Origin: a virus
Virus record (IMG/VR): IMGVR_UViG_3300045988_100041
DNA: 64,000 nt
Reading direction: 5' to 3' (one strand)
Shown here: piece after piece, positions 35,541 to 46,500 of the stretch
How the letters are laid out: each line of letters starts with the position of its first letter
How positions within the stretch are numbered: the first letter of the stretch is position 1
Program-made: the position numbers and the translations under genes
Notes under the pieces: model-generated
Database searches by the model: none
What the model was told of the DNA's origin: nothing
The model's input: the letters and a program-made list of their open reading frames with translations, nothing else

Positions 35541-37070
35541 ATGAGCAGAAAAGTTCTTACAAACCTTGATTTAAGCAAAAACGAGATCCAAAACGCCGTC
35601 ATTCAGCCGCTGGCTTCGCCCCCTGCAAACCCGAAGCTTGGGCAGATCTACACAAACTCTGCCGATAAGGTCATTTACCAGTATGACGGGGAGAAGTGGA
35701 AGCCGGTCGGCGTTGTGTATCAGCAGGAAGGAAGCACCGGGGCGGTAATCGTTGGGCTGGACAGCAGCGGAAACGTTACGACCAAGAAGGTTATTGAGCT
35801 GACGCTGACGGGCTATCAGCCGGTAGAGGGCGGATATATTGCAGACGGCGATACGCTCCAAAAAGCGCTTTCTGCGCTCGATACCGCCATCAAAAACGCG
35901 GTTGCAGGAGGCGGCGAGGTAAACCAGAACGCCTTTTCCAATGTTACCGTTCCGCAGCAGAGCACGAACGACACCGCCGAAGTTGCAGGTCAGAATGCAG
36001 CGGCAACGGTTTCTGCAACCAGCAAGACGGATACCTTCTCGCTGGCTTCCGGCGACAAGTGGATTCATGTCAATGCGGATGGAACGACAAAGGTTATTAC
36101 GTTTGGACATGCGTTCTCCGGTGCAGATGCGAAGAAATACGGCGATGGAACACATGTGGTTTCCTTCACGATAGACAAGGCAGGACACGTTGTAGCGGCA
36201 GAAGTTGTGGAGATCGCCGGGGCGCAGTATATTGCCGGGCTGACTTCCGACGCGCAGGAACAGCTTAATTCCAAGATTCCAGCATCGGAAAAGGGAAAGG
36301 CAAACGGCGTCGCAACCCTTGGTGCAGACGGTCTTGTTCCGTCTGGCCAGCTGCCCAGCTATGTCGATGATGTCGTTGAGGCGTATATCGTTGGGTCTAC
36401 GCCGCTTGCAAATGACTGGCTTTCTTTGACGGCAGGGGGCGCGGCACTTACGCCGGAGACCGGAAAGATCTACGTCGTTATGACGGAGGGCGCGTATCAG
36501 AACAAGCAGTACCGCTGGGGCGGAACAACCTACGTTCTTTGCAATCCTTCGGACGTAAACTCGGTCAACGGAAAAACCGGTGTTGTTGTGCTGACACAGG
36601 ACGATATCGGCGAGGGCGAAACCTATACGCAGTTCAGCAAAGAGGACAAGACAAAGCTGGGTGCCGTTGCCGAGGGTGCAACCAAGAATACCATTACACA
36701 GAACGGTACAGAAACGGCGAATCCGACGTTCTATGCACCGACGACAGGCGGAGAAGTTGGTCAGGTTCTGACCTCTAACGGCGAGGGACAAGCACCGACA
36801 TGGCAAGCAGCACCGGAGAATCTTCACAAGTATACCGCGACAAACCCGACGATCACAGCAAATGGAGGTGCTTTTACATGGACCATCGACGCGCAGGCGA
36901 ACGGTCCGAAGTATCCGATGCTGGTGCAGGTGTATGAGGCGGCGACAAACGCGATGGTGCTTGCGGATGTGGTCACAAACGCAAGCGGAAGCATCGTTAT
37001 CACGATCAATGACACGGAAAACGCCGGTTCTCTTACAGCCGGAACATATCGGGCGGTTGCAATCGGCTGA
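35541..37070 (+). CDS. fibre-like protein
   Basis: N-terminus LTNLDLSKNEIQNAVIQPLASPPANPKLGQIYTNSADKVIYQYDGEKW is typical of phage fibre proteins. Confidence 0.6.
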   Translation: MSRKVLTNLDLSKNEIQNAVIQPLASPPANPKLGQIYTNSADKVIYQYDGEKWKPVGVVYQQEGSTGAVIVGLDSSGNVTTKKVIELTLTGYQPVEGGYIADGDTLQKALSALDTAIKNAVAGGGEVNQNAFSNVTVPQQSTNDTAEVAGQNAAATVSATSKTDTFSLASGDKWIHVNADGTTKVITFGHAFSGADAKKYGDGTHVVSFTIDKAGHVVAAEVVEIAGAQYIAGLTSDAQEQLNSKIPASEKGKANGVATLGADGLVPSGQLPSYVDDVVEAYIVGSTPLANDWLSLTAGGAALTPETGKIYVVMTEGAYQNKQYRWGGTTYVLCNPSDVNSVNGKTGVVVLTQDDIGEGETYTQFSKEDKTKLGAVAEGATKNTITQNGTETANPTFYAPTTGGEVGQVLTSNGEGQAPTWQAAPENLHKYTATNPTITANGGAFTWTIDAQANGPKYPMLVQVYEAATNAMVLADVVTNASGSIVITINDTENAGSLTAGTYRAVAIG

Positions 37071-37129
37071 GAAAACGAGGGTTCACCATCTCAAAACGAT
37101 GGTGAACCTATAAGCAGGAGGCAGAGGGT

Positions 37130-37573
37130 ATGAAGAACTTAGGCGTATACGACAACAATTTATCCACGCCACGGAAAAAGGACGTTGACGAGCGGCAGGA
37201 GAAAATTCCTGTTACGGCGGCTGACAACGGCAAGGTTATGATGGTTGTTGACGGAAGGTGGACAAAGAGCGATGCTTCGTCCGGAACGAAGGTTACGCAG
37301 TATTCGGGAACTCTGCTGGCAAATAGCTGGGCAGAGGATGCATACGGCTACCAGGCGCAGACGATCGTGATCACGGGACTGAAAGCGTCCTACGATGTCG
37401 ACCCGCAGTGGGACGTGGCGCTCTCGGGCACGGACCCGGACGCGGACGCTGCACTTTTGGAGGGCTTCGCACTCATCCACAACTACGTAACTGGCGCGAA
37501 CTCTTTGACCGCGCAGTGCATCGGCAAAGCGCCGACGGTGAATATCCCCGTGAAGGTGGTGGTCTTCGGATGA
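37130..37573 (+). CDS. hypothetical protein (fibre cluster)
   Basis: Track ORF. Confidence 0.5.
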   Translation: MKNLGVYDNNLSTPRKKDVDERQEKIPVTAADNGKVMMVVDGRWTKSDASSGTKVTQYSGTLLANSWAEDAYGYQAQTIVITGLKASYDVDPQWDVALSGTDPDADAALLEGFALIHNYVTGANSLTAQCIGKAPTVNIPVKVVVFG

Positions 37574-38253
37574 GCGGAAGGAGCCCAAGATGGTTTACTG
37601 GAATTAAGCCTTCATATGAGGCAAATTTTTCGGATAATACCTGGGAACAGATCATTGCTATCTGCCAGAAAAAGGTTGTCCCCTCAACGTGGAAGATTGG
37701 AGATCAGAAGGCGATGATGATTGGCTCCACGGACTATCTGGTTGACATTATCGGTATCAATCACGATGACTATTCCGACGGCTCGGGAAAAGCCCCGTTT
37801 ACCTTCCAGCTGCACGACTGCTACGGCGAACTGAAGAACATGAACAGCTCCAGAACAAACAACGGCGGCTGGACGAGCTGTGTCATGCGGCAAACGCACC
37901 TGCCTGCCATTCTCTCCAAGATGCCGACAGAGGTGAGGAATAACATCCGCGAGGTGAACAAGCTTACTTCAGCGGGCAACCAGAGTGCTACCATCAACAC
38001 CACGGCGGACAAACTGTTTCTGCTGAGCGAGATCGAGATTTTCGGCAGCGTCAGCCATTCCAAGAGCGGAGAGGGCACGCAGTACGACTACTACAAGGCG
38101 GGAAACAGCCGGGCGAAGGACGGTGCGGACTCCTGGTGGGAGCGCGGTCCGAATGGCAACGACTCCACGCATTTCTGCTTTGTCCTCCGTGGCAACGCCA
38201 GCAGCTCCAACGCGAACTATGCAACTGGCGTGGCTTTCGGCTTCTGCTTCTAG
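37570..38253 (+). CDS. hypothetical protein (fibre cluster)
   Basis: Internal ATG of track ORF 37408..38253, overlapping the upstream stop. Confidence 0.5.
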   Translation: MSGRSPRWFTGIKPSYEANFSDNTWEQIIAICQKKVVPSTWKIGDQKAMMIGSTDYLVDIIGINHDDYSDGSGKAPFTFQLHDCYGELKNMNSSRTNNGGWTSCVMRQTHLPAILSKMPTEVRNNIREVNKLTSAGNQSATINTTADKLFLLSEIEIFGSVSHSKSGEGTQYDYYKAGNSRAKDGADSWWERGPNGNDSTHFCFVLRGNASSSNANYATGVAFGFCF

Positions 38254-38265
38254 GGGGTGTGGCTC

Positions 38266-38628
38266 ATGGGAATGTTTTTACGAAGAGGTCCGGCGGAAAA
38301 GCCAGTGCAAACAGTAGATGTTATAATTTCAGGAGACACGCACGCGAGCTACGCTTACGTCGAAATTGATGGAACGAAATATACTGCAAAAGGTACATAT
38401 ACAATCCCCGTCGGGGTTACTGCTATTGTACACTGTTATAACTTGTTTGGAACATCTGGGGAAATTGTTAGCAAAATTACGCTTAATGGGAAGACAGTTA
38501 AAACAGCAAAGGAGAGTAATTCAACGATAACATATTCTTTTTCTGTCGAATCCAGCACAGCTTTTGCGTTTAGTATTAAATCTGTATATGGAGCTGCAAA
38601 CTATTTCTGCGACATCACGACGAGCTAG
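38266..38628 (+). CDS. hypothetical protein in a visibly AT-richer segment
   Basis: ATG after GGGGG. Base composition shifts by eye relative to both neighbours. Confidence 0.45.
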   Translation: MGMFLRRGPAEKPVQTVDVIISGDTHASYAYVEIDGTKYTAKGTYTIPVGVTAIVHCYNLFGTSGEIVSKITLNGKTVKTAKESNSTITYSFSVESSTAFAFSIKSVYGAANYFCDITTS

Positions 38629-38636
38629 GAGGGACT

Positions 38637-39305
38637 ATGTACATCACACACGACAATCAAACCTACGCGAACGTCCGGGTATACAGCACCTCCGGCTCGG
38701 TCCGGTTTACGGGCGATTCTCTTTCGGTGACAGAACTGACCGGTCCGGTCACGGTCTATGCGGACAATGATTTTGAGCTGCGCGTCTACACGCCGGGCAA
38801 CTTTCTACGGCAAGAGATCACGGACGGCAGCTGGCTACTGACGAATATCCCGCTGCCGGAGCCGCAGCCGGTTGTTGCAACGCCTGTTGTCTATGATCTG
38901 CTGCCATCCACGGCGAATATGGTGCGGATGCTGATGAAGGGCGAGAAGCCAAAGACGGCAGATGAAATCATCATGTGCTCAGCACTCTACGATGAATGGA
39001 CTCCGGGCAAACACGTTGTCGGAGACATTTTCTCTGTCGGAGGAGACATATGGGAATGCTTCCAGAATTATGATAATGCTGTATATCCCGATATCGTCCC
39101 CGGCAACGCGGCGTGGTTCACGTTCAACAGACCCTACCACGGCACGTCACGCGAGACGGCGCGGAATTTCGTACACCCAACGGGCGCGCACGACCTGTAC
39201 AAAGCAGGGGAATGGGCCGTGCAAGACGGTAAGTTCACCAAAGCGAACCAGGATACAGCATATAGTCTAGCAGAATACCCGCAGGCGTGGGATGTGGAAG
39301 AGTAA
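38637..39305 (+). CDS. hypothetical protein with possible carbohydrate-binding C-terminal repeats
   Basis: Aromatic-rich segments DEWTPGKHVVGDIFSVGGDIWECFQNY and YKAGEWAVQDGKFTKANQD. Confidence 0.45.
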   Translation: MYITHDNQTYANVRVYSTSGSVRFTGDSLSVTELTGPVTVYADNDFELRVYTPGNFLRQEITDGSWLLTNIPLPEPQPVVATPVVYDLLPSTANMVRMLMKGEKPKTADEIIMCSALYDEWTPGKHVVGDIFSVGGDIWECFQNYDNAVYPDIVPGNAAWFTFNRPYHGTSRETARNFVHPTGAHDLYKAGEWAVQDGKFTKANQDTAYSLAEYPQAWDVEE

Positions 39306-39402
39306 CCGCCAGAGGGAGAGAAAGGAGAACACATATGGCGGACGGGCAGAAGAAGCGGAAGGTTCGGGAGACTTATCCCGACGAAGAAAAGGAAGCGGAA
39401 GG

Positions 39403-39588
39403 ATGAACGGGAAGTGCGAGTACGCTTACCGGAAAAACGGGGACGTTAGCCTTCACTGCCGGTATCTGACGCAGAACGGAGCGCGGCACGACTGGTGCGC
39501 GCATCAGTATCTTTGTGGCAGAACGAGGCGGTGGGAGGTTTCCGAGGGGGCATACGGGTGCGATGTCCGAAAGGAAAAGAAGAAGTAA
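39403..39588 (+). CDS. small Cys-rich hypothetical protein
   Basis: Internal ATG of track ORF 39292..39588. Confidence 0.35.
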   Translation: MNGKCEYAYRKNGDVSLHCRYLTQNGARHDWCAHQYLCGRTRRWEVSEGAYGCDVRKEKKK

Positions 39589-39628
39589 GCACAAGACCAT
39601 GAGAAAATCTGAAAGGAATGGGGAAATC

Positions 39629-40210
39629 ATGGAAAAATTCACGATGACAAAGGAACACTTGATGCAGATGCGGGACTATGTGCCTCTGGAAGAGAAGATG
39701 AGGTTTATCAAGGAGGCGGCAGACGGCTGCTTTGACCGGATGGAGCTTCGAATTTCCGGCGGCGCAGAGAGCCTTCCAATGCCTCCCATGTACAAGGACA
39801 ACACGTCGATCAAAAGCAGGATGCTGATGGGTGCGTTTTCCAGACTGTATCTTGGACTTTCATATGAGCAGGAGGGGGAAAACCCGTGGCTGATGAGCGT
39901 TTGCGACTATGACGCGCTGGCAGGAAGCCATATTTTCAACCAGATTGAACGGCTCAAGGCAGAAGGGGGCGCGGTGCGCGACAAGGCATTTGACGTGCTT
40001 TCCGACTGGCGAGATCTTGAAAAGCGGTTTAACACCGAGGTCTACAATATGATGCAGGTGATGAATGAGCCGGTGAGCCGGATTATGATGGCGATGCAGA
40101 TGCAGACGACACCGGAGACCATGCAGGGGCTAAAGGAAGAGCTGGAAAGCGTCAAGAAGGAAATTGACAATTATGCCGCGCAGAAGAAAGCGACGGTGAA
40201 AGTAAAATGA
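39629..40210 (+). CDS. hypothetical tail-module protein
   Basis: Internal ATG of track ORF 39515..40210. Confidence 0.5.
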   Translation: MEKFTMTKEHLMQMRDYVPLEEKMRFIKEAADGCFDRMELRISGGAESLPMPPMYKDNTSIKSRMLMGAFSRLYLGLSYEQEGENPWLMSVCDYDALAGSHIFNQIERLKAEGGAVRDKAFDVLSDWRDLEKRFNTEVYNMMQVMNEPVSRIMMAMQMQTTPETMQGLKEELESVKKEIDNYAAQKKATVKVK

Positions 40211-40896
40211 GCATGGTTTCGGTCAACTCCGACACATATCCCTATGAGAGAGTGCAGACGGGGTTTAACCGGCTCAAGGGTTCGGAGGAAATCCCACTGA
40301 AAATTCTGCGGTATCTGATGGACCTGCCGAGCGAAGGGTATACGCCGAAGGACGACAACAGCCGCGCACGGGTGAGGCTGATGAAATATCTCTGGCACGA
40401 CGGGGCAAGACCTCTTGAGCAGCCGCTTCCGACGGCGAAGGAAAAGCTCTCGATGCTGTTTGACGGAGAACACCCGGCACTCAACACGCAGGAGGAAAAG
40501 GCGGCGCATCCGAAGGGGTATCGCATTTATCCGCAGAGGGTGTGGGGGCAGAGCGACACGGAAGCCGGGGTCACGCTGAAACTCTACATGGGAAGAAGCA
40601 TTGCGCGGGATAATTTCCACACGATGCTTGGGCTGCAGTTTGAGATTCTTGTGAATGTCAACCTGGAAAACACGACGAGGACAGATGCGTATGCAAGAAG
40701 CTATGACATTGAGCAGTGCATCATTGAGGCTTTGCATGGGGTAAATATTACGGGAATCGGCGTTGTGGATTTTTCGAGGATTTCCCACGCAGACAACGGA
40801 AGCACAAGCATTTTTGACTACGGCACGCACTGCGGAAGAAAGCTCCATATGAGCGTGATGTGGTGTGATTCTGAAATGGATGTGCCGGTGGAGTAA
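40207..40896 (+). CDS. hypothetical tail-module protein
   Basis: Track ORF overlapping the upstream stop. Confidence 0.5.
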   Translation: MSMVSVNSDTYPYERVQTGFNRLKGSEEIPLKILRYLMDLPSEGYTPKDDNSRARVRLMKYLWHDGARPLEQPLPTAKEKLSMLFDGEHPALNTQEEKAAHPKGYRIYPQRVWGQSDTEAGVTLKLYMGRSIARDNFHTMLGLQFEILVNVNLENTTRTDAYARSYDIEQCIIEALHGVNITGIGVVDFSRISHADNGSTSIFDYGTHCGRKLHMSVMWCDSEMDVPVE

Positions 40897-40946
40897 AAAG
40901 AGAAGAACAGATTCTTCCGCGAAACGGCGCGGAGGAAACAGCTGGG

Positions 40947-40990
40947 AGAGCTGACAGGGCATGGGTTCATGCACTGCCGGCTCTTTTTTG
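40947..40990 (+). terminator. intrinsic terminator
   Basis: Imperfect long hairpin (AGAGC/GCTCT and GCATG/CATGC) followed by TTTTTTG. Confidence 0.5.
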
Positions 40991-41017
40991 TTGGCTATCG
41001 GAAAGGAAAACAAAAAT

Positions 41018-41854
41018 ATGAACGACCTTTCTTACAGCATGGTTCGGGCAATCGACCGATACCAGACGATAGAGGTTGAGGGCTTGCACCTATATCCAAT
41101 CCGCGTCATGGAACTCGACGAGTTTATGCTGGCGCGACCTGCGATTGAGTTTTTGCAGCAAAGTCTCCCTGTGACTTTGATCTCCAAACCTCTTTTGCAG
41201 GCGTTTTACCAGATGGATTTTGACGCGGCGGCAAAGGGAGAGCCGGGGACGGGCCTTTTCTTCCGGAGCTTGCTTTTCCTGCTGCTTGCGCTGCGGGCAG
41301 GGGAGGGGCAAAGCGCGGAGGAACGGCTTGGACTTGTCTCCATTTTACCGGACGAAAGAAACCAAAAAAAGCTGAAAAGTGTCCGCATTCAGACCGGAAG
41401 CAGAACGTTTGCAGACATTACGCCGATTCAATTTCAAAGGCTTCGCCCAATTTTGGCGGCTCAGAACGGAATAGAGCTTGTGTCGGAGAGCGCCAACCCT
41501 GAACTTGTGCAGGCTGAGAAGGACTTGGCGGAAATGAAAGCGCCGAAGCTTCGGTATGAGGCAGCGTCTGTGAAAGCGTCTATTTCGCTCATCAGCGGAA
41601 TATCGGACGTGGAGATGGACGAATGGCCGGTGCTGCGGTTTCAGCGGCAGAAGGACGCTGTGGTGCGGATGATGGGGTATCTCAACTGCGGCATGGCGGA
41701 GGCGCAGGGGGCAAAATGGCCGCACGGCAACCCGTATCCAAGCCCCCTTTATGACCGGGAAATCGACTACTGCGGCGGTGTGATCGATATGGCGTCGTTT
41801 GCAGGCGGAGCCGGTATGCGCGCGGTAAAAAATGCGGGCAGCAAGACAACATGA
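41018..41854 (+). CDS. hypothetical tail-module protein
   Basis: Internal ATG of track ORF 40961..41854. Confidence 0.5.
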   Translation: MNDLSYSMVRAIDRYQTIEVEGLHLYPIRVMELDEFMLARPAIEFLQQSLPVTLISKPLLQAFYQMDFDAAAKGEPGTGLFFRSLLFLLLALRAGEGQSAEERLGLVSILPDERNQKKLKSVRIQTGSRTFADITPIQFQRLRPILAAQNGIELVSESANPELVQAEKDLAEMKAPKLRYEAASVKASISLISGISDVEMDEWPVLRFQRQKDAVVRMMGYLNCGMAEAQGAKWPHGNPYPSPLYDREIDYCGGVIDMASFAGGAGMRAVKNAGSKTT

Positions 41855-41886
41855 CACTTTAAATCTTCAAAAGGAGTGAACAAAGA

Positions 41887-43011
41887 ATGATTCAGTTTAC
41901 CGACAAGAGACTTTACCTCAAGGGTACTTCCGAAGCGATCTGTACCGATAAAGTTACCGGTGACATCGTGTATTTCTCCAACAAGTTCCAGAGCGGCAAC
42001 GTGACCACGAGCGTCACCATGGGCGAAATCCGCGCGGGTCTTGGCAACGCTGTTGCGGCGATCATCCCGTCTGATGCGACGGTCAACGTGGAGTTTGTGG
42101 CGGCGGACTTCTCGCTGTTTGCAAAGTCTGCACAGCTCGGCGCAACGCTCAAGTATTCTGCGCCCGTTATGACGTGCCAGAATGTCACGGCGGACGGCAC
42201 TTCCCTCACCATCGACGTCACCAAGGGCACACCGGTTGCGCAGCTCGGCATGGCAAAGCCGCAGTGCTATGTGCAGGAGATCGGCGCGGCAAGCCCCATC
42301 GCCGTTGGCGGCAAGGCGTATGACATTTCCGCAGCAGGAGAGGTCGCAGGATTTACGGCAGTGTCCGGAAAGACCTATAAGGTCTGGTATTTTGCAAGCC
42401 GCGCGGACGCACAGCTGGCAACCGTTACCACGATGCTTGACCCGAAGGTTGTGCATTTTACGGCGGCAATGGCAGTGTATGCAAACGAGTCCGGTTCTGC
42501 GCAGAATGAAGGCACCCGTCAGGGTACGCTTTATGTGATTATCCCGTCGCTCAAGTTCGGCGCGAACGGCGGCGTGACCGGCGATCAGGGCAACAATGAC
42601 ACCACGTCCCTTTCCGGTCAGGCGGTCATCAACGACTCGACCATCATTGGCGATTCCTGCGACGAATGCTCCGGCGGCGGCGCAGAGCTGGCGTACTACC
42701 TGTATGTGCCGTGCAGCTCGGACGCAGAGAGCGTGGAGGGCATTGTTGCAAATGTCGGCAGCATTTCCGTTGCACAGTCCGGCAAGTATCAGATGCAGCC
42801 GAGAATCGTGATGATGAACGGCGAACTGGTCAAGGGCGACGCCAACACCTTTACCTACACGGCGACCGGCGCTCCGACCGGCACGACTGTCGGTGCAAGC
42901 ACCGGCCTGATTACCGCCGGCACGACTGCTGGCGATTTCGAGGTCGAGGTTTCCTACACGGTGGGCGAAAAGACCTTCAAGGACAGCTGCGATGTCAGCG
43001 TGACCGCGTAA
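41887..43011 (+). CDS. putative major tail protein with C-terminal Ig-like domain
   Basis: By position upstream of the tape measure. C-terminal TAGDFEVEVSYTVGEKTFKDSCDVSVTA. Hairpins lie downstream at 43023-43094. Confidence 0.5.
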   Translation: MIQFTDKRLYLKGTSEAICTDKVTGDIVYFSNKFQSGNVTTSVTMGEIRAGLGNAVAAIIPSDATVNVEFVAADFSLFAKSAQLGATLKYSAPVMTCQNVTADGTSLTIDVTKGTPVAQLGMAKPQCYVQEIGAASPIAVGGKAYDISAAGEVAGFTAVSGKTYKVWYFASRADAQLATVTTMLDPKVVHFTAAMAVYANESGSAQNEGTRQGTLYVIIPSLKFGANGGVTGDQGNNDTTSLSGQAVINDSTIIGDSCDECSGGGAELAYYLYVPCSSDAESVEGIVANVGSISVAQSGKYQMQPRIVMMNGELVKGDANTFTYTATGAPTGTTVGASTGLITAGTTAGDFEVEVSYTVGEKTFKDSCDVSVTA

Positions 43012-43118
43012 ACAGGAAAAATCCCGGAGGGCATAACCCTCCGGGAAATGCGCAAGCGTATCAAGGGATAAAGCGTTGGTGCGTTTGCGCATTTCTTTTG
43101 AATGAAAGGCGGCTTTCT

Positions 43119-43559
43119 ATGGCAATCGAGGATATTGTGGCGCGGTTCAACACGGAGCTGGACGCGGCAATCGGGCGAGTGATGGAAAACGATGTTGCGG
43201 TCATTGTGCGCGTGGCGATGGCGAATGCGGTAGAGACAGAGGTTTATGACGCTTATACGCCGGTTGCTTATTGGAGGCGCGGAGATTACGGCGGATTGAT
43301 CGATCAAAGCCCGGAGAATATGGTTGCGGAGTATGACCCGGAGAATATGCTTTTGACCGTTCAGAACATGAACAGGGACGATGACACGGGGAGACTGGTC
43401 GCGCCGGTCGTTGAGAGCGGAAAAGGGTATCAGTATCGGTGGTCAGGGCAAAAGCCGCGTCCGTTTCACAACGTTGCACAGAAGAATGTTGTAGAGGACG
43501 GATGGTTTGAAGGGGCGCTTTTGTCCGGGCTTCGCACGGAAGGGTTCAATGTCGAATGA
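43119..43559 (+). CDS. hypothetical tail protein
   Basis: ATG 43119 inside track ORF 42666..43559. It is the only ORF between the tail tube candidate and the tape measure. Confidence 0.5.
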   Translation: MAIEDIVARFNTELDAAIGRVMENDVAVIVRVAMANAVETEVYDAYTPVAYWRRGDYGGLIDQSPENMVAEYDPENMLLTVQNMNRDDDTGRLVAPVVESGKGYQYRWSGQKPRPFHNVAQKNVVEDGWFEGALLSGLRTEGFNVE

Positions 43560-43576
43560 TGGGAGGATTCTGAAAG

Positions 43577-46500
43577 ATGGCTGGAAATATTGATAAGGTT
43601 CAACTACAGGTAGAGGTCGTTCGCAATCAGCTCGACACGCTGATTAAGGACGTAAACAACCTGAAAAGCCAGAAGCTTTCCATCACGGTAGATTCTACCG
43701 GCATGGACGCAATCAACAAATTCAATGCGTCTATGCGGACGCTGACGCAGAATGCGGACGGATTGGGCGGAAAGTTCACGCAGGTTTGGAACGGCATTGC
43801 AGAGGGCGCGCCGGTTCGGACGATTGAGACGGTCAATCAGGGGATTGGAAGAACGACCGAGATCATCCGGACGCTGAACGAGGAAACGCAGTCGTATTCT
43901 GAGGTTCAGACAAAGACGACAACCAACTATGACGCGATTGCAAAAGCCGCGCAGAAGGCGGCAGAAGCCAACCAGAAGGCGTTTTCTGCGGCGCAGAAGG
44001 GGATGCCGACGCTTCAAAAGCAGTTTGCAGATCTGGAACGGCAGATTGGAAGCGCGGTAAGCAAATATCCAAGCGGAACATTTGACAAGCTTTCCGGAGA
44101 GGTCAAGGGCGCAAGGGCAACTCTTGCTACGCTGGACAGCGATCTTGCAGAGGGGAAAATCGGATACGAAGCGTATACGAGCGGTGTAGACAGTGCGAAG
44201 GCGAGTCTCAAGGAGCTTCAAAGCGAGTTTTCCCAGACGCAGACCGACACAGAAAAGCTCAAAAACTCCACGAACGTGCTTGGAGACAGCCTTGGCAATA
44301 TCGTAAAGAAAATCGTTGCATGGCAGGTTATCAACGCCTCGGTTGCAACGGTCATTCGGTCGTTCCGGGAAGCGGTAAAGACCATGAAAGAGGTCGACAC
44401 GGAGCTGACCGCCATTCAGAAGGTCACGAACAACACCGACGCGGAGATGGAAAAGCTCAGCCAGCACGCCTATGAGGTCGCTTCGCAGTATGGCGTGGCG
44501 GTGACGGACTATTTGGAATCGACGGGAACGTTCGCAAAAGCCGGCTACAAAGAACTGTCGGAAGACATGGCGGAGCTTGCAACAAAGACGCAGCTGGTCG
44601 GTGATGTGAACGCGGAGACGGCAAATCAGTTCCTTCTTGCTGCGGACGCAGCGTTCAAGATGAAGGGCAATGTCACGGAGCTGTCCACAGTTCTCGATAA
44701 AGCCAACGTCATTGAGAACAAATACGCAACGTCCATCGAGAAGATTTCAGAGGGATTCCCAATCGTTGCAAATGTGGCGTCGATGGCGAATATGTCCATT
44801 GACCAGCTGATGGCGATGCTCGGAACGATCACGGCTGTGACCCAGGAGTCAGGCACCAAAGCCGCGACCGCTGCTCGCGCTCTCATCTTGAATATTATGG
44901 GAGATACCGAGACGGAGCTTGAAAACGGCGTTACATGGACGAAGGATGAAATCGAAAGTCTGACGCAGGTTCTTTGGACGTATTCCGAGGAAGCCATGAA
45001 AGCGGCGCAGGCAACTGGAACCATCGTAAACCCGATGGAAGCGGTAGCGGGACTTGCAAAGGCGTATAAAGAGGGCGTTCTGACGCAGGCAGAGCTTGCG
45101 AAAATCGAGTCTGACCTCGGCGGCAAGCTGCGGACGAACCAGTTGGACGCGCTCATCAAGAACTTTGACATGTATAGCGATATGCTGGACAAAGTCAAGG
45201 ATTCTGCCGGCAGCGCCGATCAGGAAGTCAGCATTATGCTCACGAGCTGGGAGAGCAAGGCAAATATCCTACAGAATACGTGGACGGAGTTCATCTCCAA
45301 GACAATCGACACGAGCTGGGCAAAGGGGAGTCTCGATGCGGTCACATGGCTGATTGAGGGGTTCGGCGATCTAGGCACTGCAATTACGATTTTCGGCGGT
45401 GCGCTTGCTACGGTAAAGTGGAACGAAATCACAACTGGATTTGGAACACTGAAATCTGTTATTTCGGCTCTCCCAATGCTATTCAGCAAGGCAAAGGGCG
45501 GCGCGGAAGGATTCAACAACGGCATGAAGTCGATGAATCTGACGCTCACCAGCACGCAGCTGATTGTTGGCAGCGTGGTTGCGGTTATTTCGGCGCTTAC
45601 CATCGCTTATAACCACTACAAGCAGAAGCAGGAAGAATCGTGGAAGGCGTCGATTGAAGCCGGAAATGCAGCAGTGGAGGAAGCAAGGTCTCTTGAAGAA
45701 CTCTACGGCGCGTATCAGGGCGCAGACAAGGCAATTTCCGACGGAACAGGCTCTAAAAAGGAATTTGAATCTGCAACCTACGATTTACTGAATGCAATCG
45801 GATATGAAACGACCGCGCTTGACGAGCAGATCACGCGGTACGGTTCTCTCAAGGCGGCAATCGATGCGAATAAGGGCGCTGTCACAGAGCTTTTGCAGGC
45901 AAAAATCGAGTCTGCGCTATATGACGCGAAAGCGGGCGTAACGGCGGCAGGAGAGCAGCTGAGCAGCGCAAGCGGAAAAGTCGGACTTGCGGCAGGTTCC
46001 AGCGCTGGAACGGTTCTCGATTATTATAACGACCTGGTTCGCCGCAGAAACGAGATGCTGGACAGCGGAGACGAAGGCACATACCTGTATAAGGAAATTG
46101 CAGACAAAATCTCAACGCTTACACCGCTTGTCGAGGAATACAATGCGGCGCTTGAGAACCAGACGTATCTTGAAAACCTTGCGGAAGACGCGAAGGACGG
46201 CGTGATTGAGAGCTATGAGCGGGAAAACGAGGCGATTTCCGACAACACGGACGCGCTGGATGAGAACGCGGATGCGGCTTCGAAAAACGCAGAAAAAATA
46301 GCGGAAGCAGCAAAAACGCTCAAGCAGCAGGAATCAGACCTTCGGACGGTATCGAAGGCGCTTGCGGAGTATCAGGCAACTGGACGTATTTCCTCGGCAA
46401 CGATGAAGTCCTTGCTTGGAATCAGCAGCCAATATATTAACCTTCTGACGGACGAAAACGGAAAGCTCCGGATGACGGAAGATGGGCTTCGCGGCGTTGC

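Noticed and set aside
43012-43576. Expected tail-assembly chaperone pair with a -1 programmed frameshift upstream of the tape measure.
   Set aside because: Only one ORF (43119-43559) is present. I saw no slippery heptamer with an overlapping extension frame. Track ORF 42666..43559 is just the upstream extension of the same frame across the tail-tube gene.
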